NCBI GenBank assembly: GCA_964057225.1 | Contig: OZ059894.1 | Location: forward strand, 10,974,001-11,038,000 | Reading direction: 5' to 3' | Length of the DNA: 64,000 bases | Origin: Auanema rhodensis | Taxonomy: Eukaryota; Animalia; Nematoda | Shown: in pieces, positions 8,801 through 18,412 of the stretch | Position numbering within the stretch: position 1 is the first letter of the stretch | How the letters are laid out: each line of letters begins with the position of its first letter | Program-made: the position numbers and the translations under genes | Notes under the pieces: model-generated | What the model was told of the DNA's origin: nothing | Seen by the model: the letters and a program-made list of their open reading frames with translations, nothing else | Database searches by the model: none

Positions 8801-11800
8801 CTATTTACAGAAATAAACATGCATGTTCGCGAATTCTTGTCAAACGACGAACAAGTAATACAGAACCTTCCTGAAGAAGACAGATATCCGAACATGACAA
8901 CCAAAATACTTGGCATATCTTTTAATAAAGAACACGACTCCTTCATTATCCCAATAAAAATAACAACGACTCACACAAGTTACACCAAGAGAATTCTACT
9001 CAGTCAGCTACACTCAATATTTGATCCCATTGGATTAGCAGCACCATTACTGTTACCTCTCAAACTTATCTTGCGAGAAATCATAAACACAAAATTATCA
9101 TGGGACCAACCCATTGAATCAGATAATATCAAACAATGGGAACAACATATTAATCACATTAACAATCAGCAATTGACCATGAAAAGATATTTTAAATTCT
9201 CTGAACATAAAACACAGTTATGGGTCTTTGCTGACGCAAGCAACCAAGCCATGGCCGCATGTTCATATTTCCAAACAAACGAGCAGATTAGTTCTCTGCT
9301 CAACGGTAAATCCCGCATAGCACCCAAAAATAAGACCACAATTCCTCGATTAGAATTATTAGCCATCCGCTTAGCAGTACGAATGGCATTAGCTATTGTA
9401 ACCATATGCCCGAAAGTGGCAAAAGTCAACATTGTAAGCGATAGCAACATCGCGCTATCATGGATTATTTCTCTAAAATCCCTCCCACTGTTCATTAAAA
9501 ATCAAACAAACATTATAAATAAACAGCTACACCAAATCAAACAAGTATGTTGCAATGTAGAATTACATCATGTACAAACCTCGTACAATACTGCAGACAT
9601 CGGATCCCGAGGTGCAGACATCGAGAAACTACAAGATTCCGACTGGATAAAGGGTCCACATTGGTTAACTAAACTTTCCGCTCATAACCCTCTGACATCA
9701 TTCGGCTCGCCTAAGAACTCTAACAGGAATAACGCAGAATCAGAATCGGAGCATCACAATGTGGTCCACATAATTATAGACAATCTTCCAACCGATGATA
9801 TTTGGAACATTCGTGAAAACTATGATGATGTGATCAAAACAATGACAACCGTAGGAAAATTATTCAAAAAATGGTTTCTTAAAGTCCATCCTAACAACGC
9901 CAACAAGTTGCAAAAAATAAAACATCTCACATCAACAGACACGAATACTGTTGAAGACATCAACATAATTGAAAAAATTTTGATCAGTAACAGCCAATCT
10001 AATATGAGCCTCGATGAGCTACAGCAAAGAAATATAAATTTAAAATTCTTCAAAGATACATGGGACATTTATCGCGTAAGAAGTCGTTTACAAAATACTC
10101 TTCTTCCCGAAGAGACAAAAAACCCTATATTCCTTCTCAAAACAAACCCCATAGTTAAAAAACTGATCAACAAAATACACAAAGATAATAATCATCAAGG
10201 CAAAAATTTCACGCTTATTCAACTCAGACAAAAGTTCTATATACCAAAAATAACCGGAGTCATTAAGCAAACATTGAAAAACTGTGTGACATGTAAAAGA
10301 TTTCAATCACATCCTTATGAATTACCAGATATGCCATCGCTACCAAAAGACAGAGCAATTCTTACAAGAGCATTCTTTTCAACAGGGTGTGATCTTATGG
10401 GCCCCTTCACCCTTCGAAATGGGTCTAAAGTCCATATTTGTCTGTTTACATGCATGACAACTAGAGCGGTTCACTTAGAGGTAGTCACCAATCAATCCAC
10501 AGTTGCCTTTATGAATGCATTTAATAGATTTATTTCACGCAGAGGTACTCCAGAAATTATGCGCAGTGACTGCGCAGGAAACTTTATTCTGAGCTCAAAA
10601 ATATTAGAAACCCTTGAAAAAACCTCGGATTACAATGAAAGTAGCATACTAAACACATTAGCTCAAAGAAAAATTAAATGGATATACAGCACTCCGCTAT
10701 CTCCTTGGAAAGGAGGTTGTTGGGAACGCTTAGTAGGTGTCACCAAATCATCCCTCAAAAAATGCTTCGTTCCTAGTCAAATGTCACTAGATGATTTACA
10801 CACAGCTATTGTAAAAATAGAAGCCATAATTAATACACGCCCACTCACTCATCCACACCCAGATAATTTAGATGCTTTACCCATAAGACCAATTGATTTT
10901 TTAACATCAGCAATAAAGTTTTCATTACCAGAAAACAATGATAACACTCATATATTCGATATTCACAGCGATATCCAAACGATTCAATCGACAGAACAAG
11001 CGCTCGAAGCTCTTCAGTTATCAGAAGACTCAGCGTCTAAATTCTGGACACGTTTCCAGGAGGAGTATCTAACTAGTTTAAAAGACATTTTCAAACATAA
11101 AAACAAGAGAAAAAATCACACAAATCTCTTTCCTCACAAGGATGAATTAGTAATAATACAAAACGACATGTCGCCACGAGGAACATGGAAACTAGGTCGC
11201 ATTATTGAAACAATTACTAGTTCAGATGGCAACATACGTTCAGCAAAAGTTGCAACAAGCAACGGAAACATAATTACTCGATCCATCAATCAGCTCTATC
11301 CACTAGAGATAAGATGCAACACTAGCAACAACAAAATCATAGAAGACAACTCACACATAGTCCAAGAAAATAATAGCTCAACAGATAGAATAGCACATAC
11401 TGATACCGTATTAGACAACATACACTCCGATCATCATATAGAACATACAGATGAAACAATACATGAGAACAATAACATAAATGATAGCAACCATAATTAC
11501 GATATTGCATATGAATCAGACAACTCTCAACATGATAATACATACACTCCAGAAACAGAGAATAATGAGGATGCAACAAACGATCGACCTCAAAATAAAA
11601 CAAAACTATCATCAGTGAAAACAGCAAAATATACAGAACAAGATGAGGTCACTGAGAAGGAAAATATAAAAGCCTTCCCACTAAAAATGTCCTATGCCAC
11701 ACACCAAAGAAAAAATAAAATAAACCCAAAAATAGCAGCTGACATAATGAAAGCCCTTTCATTACCGATTATAATTACTTCGACATATGCCGAAGAAATC

Positions 11801-13759
11801 AATAGTTGCAAGGACTCTAACATGTTCACCACAAAACTTATAGCGAATCCTCATTGCTCCCCAGAAATGGCAACATGGACAGTGATAATAACCATTATGG
11901 CAGTTACCCTCATAGTCTCTTGTCTATGCCGCATGGGCTACAGCCAATATAGATATAAGACATGGTCCAAAAACACTCAAACCATGCTCAACATCATGAA
12001 ATTAAAACATAAAACAATCTCCGAACAAGAAGATCATGAAACTGATCAAAAAATAACAGAAGACCACAATGATACGTTGCAATTAAAACAAACGAACACA
12101 CAAGACGCTAATATTGTGGATCATGAAACCTTTCAAAAGCATATTTACCCTATTTTAAACCATACGAGAAAGCCACCAAAATTCTCTCTCTTTACTAGAG
12201 GGTCGCAAACATCTTTACCATCGTTACTGGCAATCATCTTGGCTTTATGTATTGGAAGCTGCAGTTCATGTTCCGATGTTCATGTTCAACACTTCGTTAA
12301 CATACGATGCGATGACAACTTAGCTTGTTATCACGAATACAGTCAAGATATCATATTTTCTCCCGGAACAAAACAATTATGCATTACCATAACGCATTCT
12401 AATCATGAAATTGGTCAATTTAAAATAACTAAACTATATACTGAACATGTCTGCCAAAAGAATACTAGATACTTCACTAGACAGACAACCGTCAACATAT
12501 TGAGCATATTACGATGCCGTCACCGGGGCTCGTGTGACGGAACATGTGAAACTAACTCGCTCCATAATAAAATCGAGGAACTACAACCATATACGTTCCC
12601 TTCACAATCAGGTTGCTTCACATCGTCAGCGAGATTTTACACATGTCCTATGATTTGGACAGATCCTTGTCTTTTCTACAAAATAGAGCATATACCCGTC
12701 ACTGAGGAAGTATACGAAGTCTATACTTGTGATAGTTGGTCCACCCAAACCGTATTTAATATAGAAACAACATTACTCCAGCAGAAAAATAATTACAATA
12801 TCACTCTACAACCTTACACGAAAAATCGTGAACAACTTTTCAATATAACAACGTTATCACAATCACAACCTCCTCCAGAAATGTACACAAAATTATTTTT
12901 TTCCTCCAAAGAAAACACGTACATTACGGATATACACACAAAGGGAATAATTCAATGTGCAACAGAGGAAGCCGCATTAAAACATTTTAATAACTGTACA
13001 GTATCCTCATTCTGCCCTTGCACATTCAATAGATTTGATGAAATAAAATGTAGGTGTGATACCCCTACTTTTGAAAAAATGTCCAATACATCAGACATAA
13101 AATCTCCTAACCAAAACTTTAAAACTAAAGATAACACGTTATCATTCTCTACGAATTTAGACGAAAATTTAGTTACGGTCGATTCATCCCTATTCTTAAA
13201 CTCAGTGATTTTCTCCAACAATTTGCCTTGCGCACCTGCCCTGACAAAACTATCAGGTTGCTACTCCTGCGGGCAGGGTGCATTCGCAGAATTCCAATGC
13301 CTTACGGCAGAAGAAACATGGATTTCTATCGAATGTCAAAAAGAAGTATTCATGATAAAATGCTCTCCAAAAGTAGCAATCACAAAAGTAACAATGAAAA
13401 GAGAAAATTCTCAGATTGATGAATTATGCTATACCACATGCGACAATAAAAAAATTAAGATCATTATTAAAGGAATATTACATCACATAGCAAGCATAGA
13501 TAAAATAAACGAAAGTGACTCAAGTAAGGGTACAGAATCCAAATCCATTGACTTCGCTCCAATCTTCAAGTTAATTTTATCAAAGTTGGGAATCATATTG
13601 ATAGGCGTTGCAATAACCGCCACCATAGGATATGTGGCATGTACACCCATCATGTACTGTGTAGTTTTGAATACAGTCTTAACCACACAATGGATAGCTA
13701 CCAGGATATTCACACTGTGGATAAAATCAAAAGCCTTATTTCGGGATCAAAGATTTTAA
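5828..13759 (+). CDS. gag-pol-env: Gag-protease-RT-RNase H-integrase-Env polyprotein (2643 aa), BEL/Pao family
   Basis: DUF1759-like LPTFDG..FW..F; three CCHC knuckles; protease LIDEGS; RT DIKAAF/RLPFG/YVDN; RNase H FADAS/TIPRLEL; integrase H-H-C-C, DLMG/SDCAG/WERLV; Gc-like Env from CSDVH (~12269). Confidence 0.97.
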   Translation: MSLLFVNHIKQSNQFLGELLTRYEMEVKDLPGILVDCDFHTEEEEETLSCLIIRWTKVQHQFKESLKNHQDNEKKFQKFYEASDKTLRKALDEQYIAFTSDEDFEPNIKKVQNAIIELDEHIMKAERILRKLRKTLHKNESEHNSNCSTENNETENKSNDQFLEIIKSFLHIQQSSIQKPAMSLPTFDGKPENFKSFWGRFDRLVHDNEQFTTLEKVNLLCESLKGDSQIAIRGIEPSAQNYELMREALVSEFGDYSSDINSLLTQLRNLRFASNNAKSCKETFGETKALIRQIEAAGATVSREMCTAMILNKFPYHIVEDILIYPNNYHSTKEMLTAVDHKIYSFFLKEQTRNSHEQKFRNHKENVTSVAHKENSVEQRKTQTWPCVFCDSSEHRFYHCTTFETPEKRRHGIRGKAICWICFSEKHKSSECRKQKCRNCQGDHNSSLCSQGRKNVQNIQKDKETPTIKKDQALLITTEELLNKKTTEYKQESDTNNRIPTEALNAPVSLNHIADTHNIEESQVILRTAMANIYNHNSKKYEQVRMLIDEGSMRSFISKDLSTKLGLPILGSQKKTFYGIGALSETHEVQDVKVIIGTSSGSLIVTKLFTKPMLTTPIRCPKLSKEDLKFIKTRKIKLANPQTNGESFTPDILIGMDRYKLFMHLNEETELPSRMRLKNSVFGHMIHGEAPLPDDNTQQEVILCSTVEEITKETSHKELLTNLFELDSIGINTENANADRTIDYYEEYSKDIKIENNRIIAPFPLKNNFKNLKNNKMPAYHRFVSLWRKLLHNPEMLSHYTTTIESYLKDNIVEQIPNNHQEPLEFYMPHHGVWKPSKANPLRIVFDASAKQKDSPSLNEIIHTGRSFITYIHDIMISCRTRPILITCDIKAAFLQIQLTENHKNLCKFFWIKNKEYPISHNNIITLRFNRLPFGITASPSVLNMGIKWFLESKVDNPLAMEILNNLYVDNIILTANTTAEAIKKCKETQKLFTEINMHVREFLSNDEQVIQNLPEEDRYPNMTTKILGISFNKEHDSFIIPIKITTTHTSYTKRILLSQLHSIFDPIGLAAPLLLPLKLILREIINTKLSWDQPIESDNIKQWEQHINHINNQQLTMKRYFKFSEHKTQLWVFADASNQAMAACSYFQTNEQISSLLNGKSRIAPKNKTTIPRLELLAIRLAVRMALAIVTICPKVAKVNIVSDSNIALSWIISLKSLPLFIKNQTNIINKQLHQIKQVCCNVELHHVQTSYNTADIGSRGADIEKLQDSDWIKGPHWLTKLSAHNPLTSFGSPKNSNRNNAESESEHHNVVHIIIDNLPTDDIWNIRENYDDVIKTMTTVGKLFKKWFLKVHPNNANKLQKIKHLTSTDTNTVEDINIIEKILISNSQSNMSLDELQQRNINLKFFKDTWDIYRVRSRLQNTLLPEETKNPIFLLKTNPIVKKLINKIHKDNNHQGKNFTLIQLRQKFYIPKITGVIKQTLKNCVTCKRFQSHPYELPDMPSLPKDRAILTRAFFSTGCDLMGPFTLRNGSKVHICLFTCMTTRAVHLEVVTNQSTVAFMNAFNRFISRRGTPEIMRSDCAGNFILSSKILETLEKTSDYNESSILNTLAQRKIKWIYSTPLSPWKGGCWERLVGVTKSSLKKCFVPSQMSLDDLHTAIVKIEAIINTRPLTHPHPDNLDALPIRPIDFLTSAIKFSLPENNDNTHIFDIHSDIQTIQSTEQALEALQLSEDSASKFWTRFQEEYLTSLKDIFKHKNKRKNHTNLFPHKDELVIIQNDMSPRGTWKLGRIIETITSSDGNIRSAKVATSNGNIITRSINQLYPLEIRCNTSNNKIIEDNSHIVQENNSSTDRIAHTDTVLDNIHSDHHIEHTDETIHENNNINDSNHNYDIAYESDNSQHDNTYTPETENNEDATNDRPQNKTKLSSVKTAKYTEQDEVTEKENIKAFPLKMSYATHQRKNKINPKIAADIMKALSLPIIITSTYAEEINSCKDSNMFTTKLIANPHCSPEMATWTVIITIMAVTLIVSCLCRMGYSQYRYKTWSKNTQTMLNIMKLKHKTISEQEDHETDQKITEDHNDTLQLKQTNTQDANIVDHETFQKHIYPILNHTRKPPKFSLFTRGSQTSLPSLLAIILALCIGSCSSCSDVHVQHFVNIRCDDNLACYHEYSQDIIFSPGTKQLCITITHSNHEIGQFKITKLYTEHVCQKNTRYFTRQTTVNILSILRCRHRGSCDGTCETNSLHNKIEELQPYTFPSQSGCFTSSARFYTCPMIWTDPCLFYKIEHIPVTEEVYEVYTCDSWSTQTVFNIETTLLQQKNNYNITLQPYTKNREQLFNITTLSQSQPPPEMYTKLFFSSKENTYITDIHTKGIIQCATEEAALKHFNNCTVSSFCPCTFNRFDEIKCRCDTPTFEKMSNTSDIKSPNQNFKTKDNTLSFSTNLDENLVTVDSSLFLNSVIFSNNLPCAPALTKLSGCYSCGQGAFAEFQCLTAEETWISIECQKEVFMIKCSPKVAITKVTMKRENSQIDELCYTTCDNKKIKIIIKGILHHIASIDKINESDSSKGTESKSIDFAPIFKLILSKLGIILIGVAITATIGYVACTPIMYCVVLNTVLTTQWIATRIFTLWIKSKALFRDQRF

Positions 13760-13911
13760 AAGCATAAGAGAAGAATTTCTTGTGGAGATAAAATTTAAAA
13801 TTAAAAATTGAAATAATAATGAAACAAAAGAAAAAGAAAGCATTATGTACGAATATAACCATTGTAATAAAACAATATCATTGTTTTTCTTTCTTTTCAA
13901 TTTATGGTAGT

Positions 13912-14066
13912 ATCAAGTTTCTTTTATCAGTTACATAACACATAACCTTTTGTACAGGCTCTAAAATTCATTGTATCTGTAACAAGATAACCTAAACACA
14001 CCATTGTACAATAAACTAATAGATGTTAATCAGCGTTTAAAGTCCAGATGTAAACATGTATATAAG
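13912..14066 (+). promoter_or_regulatory. Putative internal promoter of accessory ORF, element B
   Basis: Same conserved blocks and TATA as 3228-3375. Confidence 0.6.
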
Positions 14067-14100
14067 GATGCAGCTCATGTTTCTCCTATATTCCATGAAA

Positions 14101-14562
14101 ATGGAAGATATTGTCTCGAATATAATTGAGAATGCTTCCTTTGAGGAAGAGCTCAAAAAATATTCCCATCTACCTAACACTGCTGCCAATCTGAGGCAAC
14201 TAATTGTGCTTGAAAAGAGGCTCTACGAGCACCTAGCTAGCGCGGTGAACCATCTATCCGAACGACTGGACAATATTCAACATTCGTTAAATCTGAAACT
14301 AGACAATTTGACCATTCAGACTGCTCCTAAAGCTTCATGTGTATTCTGCAATAAACCGACAGCTGATGGGCACCGTACTGCGGCCTGTCCGATTTATCCT
14401 TCCTCACCGGAACGCACTCTCCGTCTTCATGAACTGGGGTTATGCATCAGATGTTTGAATCAAAAACATCCAGCGATTTGCGAGGTATCCTGCTATAGAT
14501 GTAAGGCGGATACGCATCATGGAGTGGTTTGTGGTGATATAAAACGTAAAAGACCTTTGTAG
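14101..14562 (+). CDS. Accessory triple-CCHC zinc-knuckle protein
   Basis: Aligns ungapped with 3410-3871 from ATG 14101; the upstream ATG at 14056 overlaps the TATA box and is unlikely to be used. Confidence 0.85.
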   Translation: MEDIVSNIIENASFEEELKKYSHLPNTAANLRQLIVLEKRLYEHLASAVNHLSERLDNIQHSLNLKLDNLTIQTAPKASCVFCNKPTADGHRTAACPIYPSSPERTLRLHELGLCIRCLNQKHPAICEVSCYRCKADTHHGVVCGDIKRKRPL

Positions 14563-14592
14563 GCCTTCTTCTCATTCCCGCATTGCCGGGAG

Positions 14593-14658
14593 TGTCGCGA
14601 TAAGCGAGTGAGTTTGTATAATTTTTTATCTTCAACAATTGTTTTATTTGTTTCTCCT

Positions 14659-14722
<64 letters not shown>

Positions 14723-14974
14723 CTTTCTTCTTTCTTCTAACTTCCTAAGTAATTTTTATCCATACCACATGTTGTGTTATACATGTGGCATGACTAACTC
14801 TTTGTTTCAGGCTGACGACCGCCCACGAGAAGAGATCAGTCTTACATTTTCAACGTTCGCAGTCAGTGATTTTATTCCGTGCTTGTCTTGTTAATTCATC
14901 AATAAACCCTTTTCTACATATTCGCTTTGTGTTTTACTTCCAACCATACTATACACTTGTGGTATATAGCCACA
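14593..14974 (+). repeat. 3' LTR of element B (382 bp)
   Basis: Direct repeat of 5182-5539, preceded by GCCGGGAG. Confidence 0.96.
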
Positions 14975-15044
14975 CTATTTTTTCTTCATATGTACGTACA
15001 ACAAGATTTAGAGTGATATAACTGATAATGAAGAATATGACATT

Positions 15045-15163
15045 GCTTACGACCATACCACGTTGAAAGTACGCCATCCCGTCCGATCTGGCAAGTCAAG
15101 CAACGTTGGGCCCGGTTAGTACTTGGATCGGAGACGGCTTGGGAATCCCGGGTGTCGTAAGCT
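15045..15163 (+). rRNA. 5S: 5S rRNA in an inverted segment (14999-15404)
   Basis: GCTTACGACCATACC...GTGTCGTAAGCT plus T-run terminator; 119 nt. Confidence 0.96.
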
Positions 15164-15496
15164 TTTATATTTTATTTGAAATTTTTTGAAGAAATAAAAA
15201 AGCTTTGATAACTAAAAAAAAGTTGTTGTTAATCGAATGTTTGCTCTAATAACACGACAGAGGTAGTCTTAGATACTGTAAATAACTCGAACACTGTAAA
15301 GTTTGGGCATTTCATTTGTTACTGTTCCTGTTGTTTTCTTTGTGGTCCTAACTATTAACAACAAGATTTAGAGTGATATAACTGATAATGAAGAATATAA
15401 CATTTAGATACGACCACAAAGAAAACAACAGGAACAGTAACAATAACAAAAAAAATTTTTTTTTCACCTATGTGTCTAAAGGTTAGCCATGTATCC

Positions 15497-15538
<42 letters not shown>

Positions 15539-16768
15539 ACAGTAAAAAGTCCAATCAAGAGAGAAATTTTTTCAACACATAGTTGTATCGGTGCTCACAC
15601 ATGTTAAACACAAAAATAATAAAATTAAATTGATTGGAAGAATTCTTTTTCAACTTTTTTTTCACATCTAACAATCACTGTTTTTGCTCATAACTTTTTT
15701 AATTCGCAATTCGTGATCATATATAACAAGTTTCCATCAATATTGATTCTTTTAAAATTTTTTTTTCATCAATTTTGTACTTACTTACTTCTCTGAAAAA
15801 TGTTTTACCATGTATCCATTTGGATACATGTTACCAGTTAAAAGAACCATCATGTTGGAATCATCTCAAACTACGTTTTTATAGGTTTTCCAACATGCTG
15901 GACACAAATATTACATTTTTAGAGCAATTGGAACAATTCTTTTTTTTTAACATTCTTTAACATAAGGGTCCCCCCTACCTCCTTACTTACTTTTATAAAT
16001 ATCATTGTTTTTCCTCATAACTCGGTTTAAACTCGTTCTAACCCGTTGAAATACGTCTAGAAAGTCTTTATAACATGCATATGTATGATAGAACTTCATA
16101 TTTATTGTAATAGAAAATTTTATTTTCAGACGTCTTGGTTAACAATGATATGTTTTACCCCCTTATAATTTTTATCATAATGTTCCTTATACGGAACGCT
16201 CAATGAAACTTGCTTCCAGAAAAATTTCTTTCTATTTTTTCTTCATATGTACGTAGATACTATAGAGAACTATGATAGAAAACTTTAACATTCACGAAAT
16301 CATCATTTCTCATTACGCTACGGAGGTTTAAAAAGCTGTGTTTTACCTTATAATAGACCGGAAAACCCTTGTGTTAAAACTGGACCGTTTTTACACATAT
16401 AAAAATGTCCCGTATTCGGGACCCTAATGTAACTTTTGATTCCCTATATTTTTTTTCATGAAATTTACAATCTACTGTAGAAAGAAGAATTATTTTTATA
16501 AAAACTGTAAATTTTTGAAAAATGAAAACAAAACGAAAACAAAAACAACTTTTTTTTGAACATTTTCTCACACAAGGGTCCCCCCTTACCTACTTTTTTT
16601 CTCATTACTCGTTTCAACCTCATCCGATCACTCTGCAAACATGTTTAATCGTTCTAACTTGTTGAAATACGTCTTAAAAGTCTAAACAACATGCATATGC
16701 ATAATAGAAACCACCCGAATAGGCCCCCACGCACTAAACGAGATATATACATTACCAGTATAGTAATA

Positions 16769-16804
16769 GAACACATATTGAAGATTAATTCGATAAGAAC
16801 AATT
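16769..16804 (-). pseudogene. Degenerate U2 fragment (nt 39-74), present in every unit
   Basis: 33/36 identity to 17232-17267. Confidence 0.85.
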
Positions 16805-17120
16805 TATTGACGTAGAGAATGTTTGTTCCGAAAAACTACAATATTAAACTATAAAAGTAACAAAAGCGTAGAGGCAGCAAAGACATGAATAAACATAAAT
16901 GTAAATACAGAATTACCAGGTAGTACATAAGTATGACAAAAAATTATAAGAAAGCCATGAAAATAGAAGGTTTGTGAACAAATGAGAGGTACATCTTTGA
17001 TCGTATAGTCATTTCTAAACCGTTCGTATGCTGCAGCATCGTCATAAGCGTCACTCAAGTTGAATTTCCATGTGTACTACACGATTTTCATTCTTATTGT
17101 TACATTCTTTCCCTGAGGGA

Positions 17121-17305
17121 ATGGGCCGTTCCCGCCAGCAGTGCAAGAGCGGGTCGACCCGTGAGGTGGAGCTAGCAAGCCAGCATCTACCTCAAGTCTC
17201 AAAAATCGGTTAACCTTATTGTGAACCAATGGAACACATATCGAAGGTTAATTCGATAAGAACGATTACTACACTTTGATCTTAGCCAAAAGGCCGAGAA
17301 GCGAT
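17121..17305 (-). ncRNA. U2: U2 snRNA
   Basis: ATCGCTTCTCGGCCTTTTGGCTAAGATCAAAGTGTAGTA 5' end; stem IIa; Sm site ATTTTTG (17200-17206); stem IV loop TTGCAC; 3' end approximate. Confidence 0.96.
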
Positions 17306-17747
17306 ACAGCATAGCCATGAGTATCAAAGACATCAAGCAAATGTATCGTACTTGTTACGAGTGCACTCTCTCAGTTGAATATAAAAGTGTGGTTTGACAA
17401 TCTTGACTGTACAGGTCATAAATGGCTCATATAAACTGTGGATTTACTCAACTTTTGGACTTATTTTTTTCTTATTCGAAGCGCTGCACTTTTTTCTATT
17501 CTTTTTATTCAAATACTTGTATATAGTTTTATATGTACGGTTGCAAAGTTTCCGAATATTTTATATATTTTTATACAATAATTAGGAGAAGGTTAATACA
17601 ATGAAATCTCCCAACTTTACAGTGTTTGTATTGCTTACAGTATCTAGAACAACCACTCTTGTAATATTAGAGCACATATCAATCAACAACTTTTTCTAGT
17701 TATCAAAGCTTTTTTATTTCTTCAAGATATTTCAAATAAAATATAAA

Positions 17748-17866
17748 AGCTTACGACACCCGGGATTCCCAAGCCGTCTCCGATCCAAGTACTAACCGGG
17801 CCCAACGTTGCTTGACTTGCCAGATCGGACGGGATGGCGTACTTTCAACGTGGTATGGTCGTAAGC
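17748..17866 (-). rRNA. 5S: 5S rRNA
   Basis: 119-nt nematode-type 5S with T-run terminator. Confidence 0.96.
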
Positions 17867-18107
17867 AATGTTATATTCTTCATTATCAGTTATATCACTC
17901 TAAATCTTGTTGTTAATAGTTAGGACCACAAAGAAAACAACAGGAACAGTAACAAATGAAATGCCCAAACTTTACAGTGTTCGAGTTATTTACAGTATCT
18001 AAGACTACCTCTGTCGTGTTATTAGAGCAAACATTCGATTAACAACAACTTTTTTTTAGTTATCAAAGCTTTTTTATTTCTTCAAAAAATTTCAAATAAA
18101 ATATAAA

Positions 18108-18226
18108 AGCTTACGACACCCGGGATTCCCAAGCCGTCTCCGATCCAAGTACTAACCTGGCCCAACGTTGCTTGACTTGCCAGATCGGACGGGATGGCGT
18201 ACTTTCAACGTGGTATGGTCGTAAGC
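18108..18226 (-). rRNA. 5S: 5S rRNA
   Basis: Second copy, 360 bp offset; one substitution. Confidence 0.96.
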
Positions 18227-18368
18227 AATGTCATATTCTTCATTATCAGTTATATCACTCTAAATCTTGTTGTTAATAGATACGACCACAAAGAAAACAA
18301 CAGGAACAGTAACAATAACAAAAAAAATTTTTTTTTCACCTATGTGTCTAAAGGTTAGCCATGTATCC

Positions 18369-18412
<44 letters not shown>

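Larger units (their letters stand above)
5182..14974 (+). mobile_element. Complete BEL/Pao LTR retroelement B (env-bearing), 9.8 kb
   Basis: Paired LTRs, 5-bp TSD CTATT (5177-5181, 14975-14979), PBS, intact polyprotein; empty site seen in other units (TTTCTATTTTTTCTTC). Confidence 0.97.

Noticed and set aside
5831-13713. Small ORFs overlapping the polyprotein
   Set aside because: Shadow frames without motifs or splice signals comparable to the 2520-2957 gene
16021-16060. GGTTTAAACTCG.. and GGTTTAAAAAGC.. as possible spliced-leader RNA genes
   Set aside because: Only the first 6-7 nt resemble SL1/SL2; no 22-nt leader ending AG|GT with a properly placed Sm site
17306-17390. U2 proximal sequence element
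   Set aside because: A promoter must lie here but I cannot match a known nematode PSE by eye, so no coordinates are claimed
16374-17585. Short ORFs repeated in each unit (MRKCSKK.., MSDAYDD.., MTILTVQ.., MLLIDTT..)
   Set aside because: Low-complexity AT-rich spacer translations, mostly non-ATG starts; they recur only because the DNA is repeated
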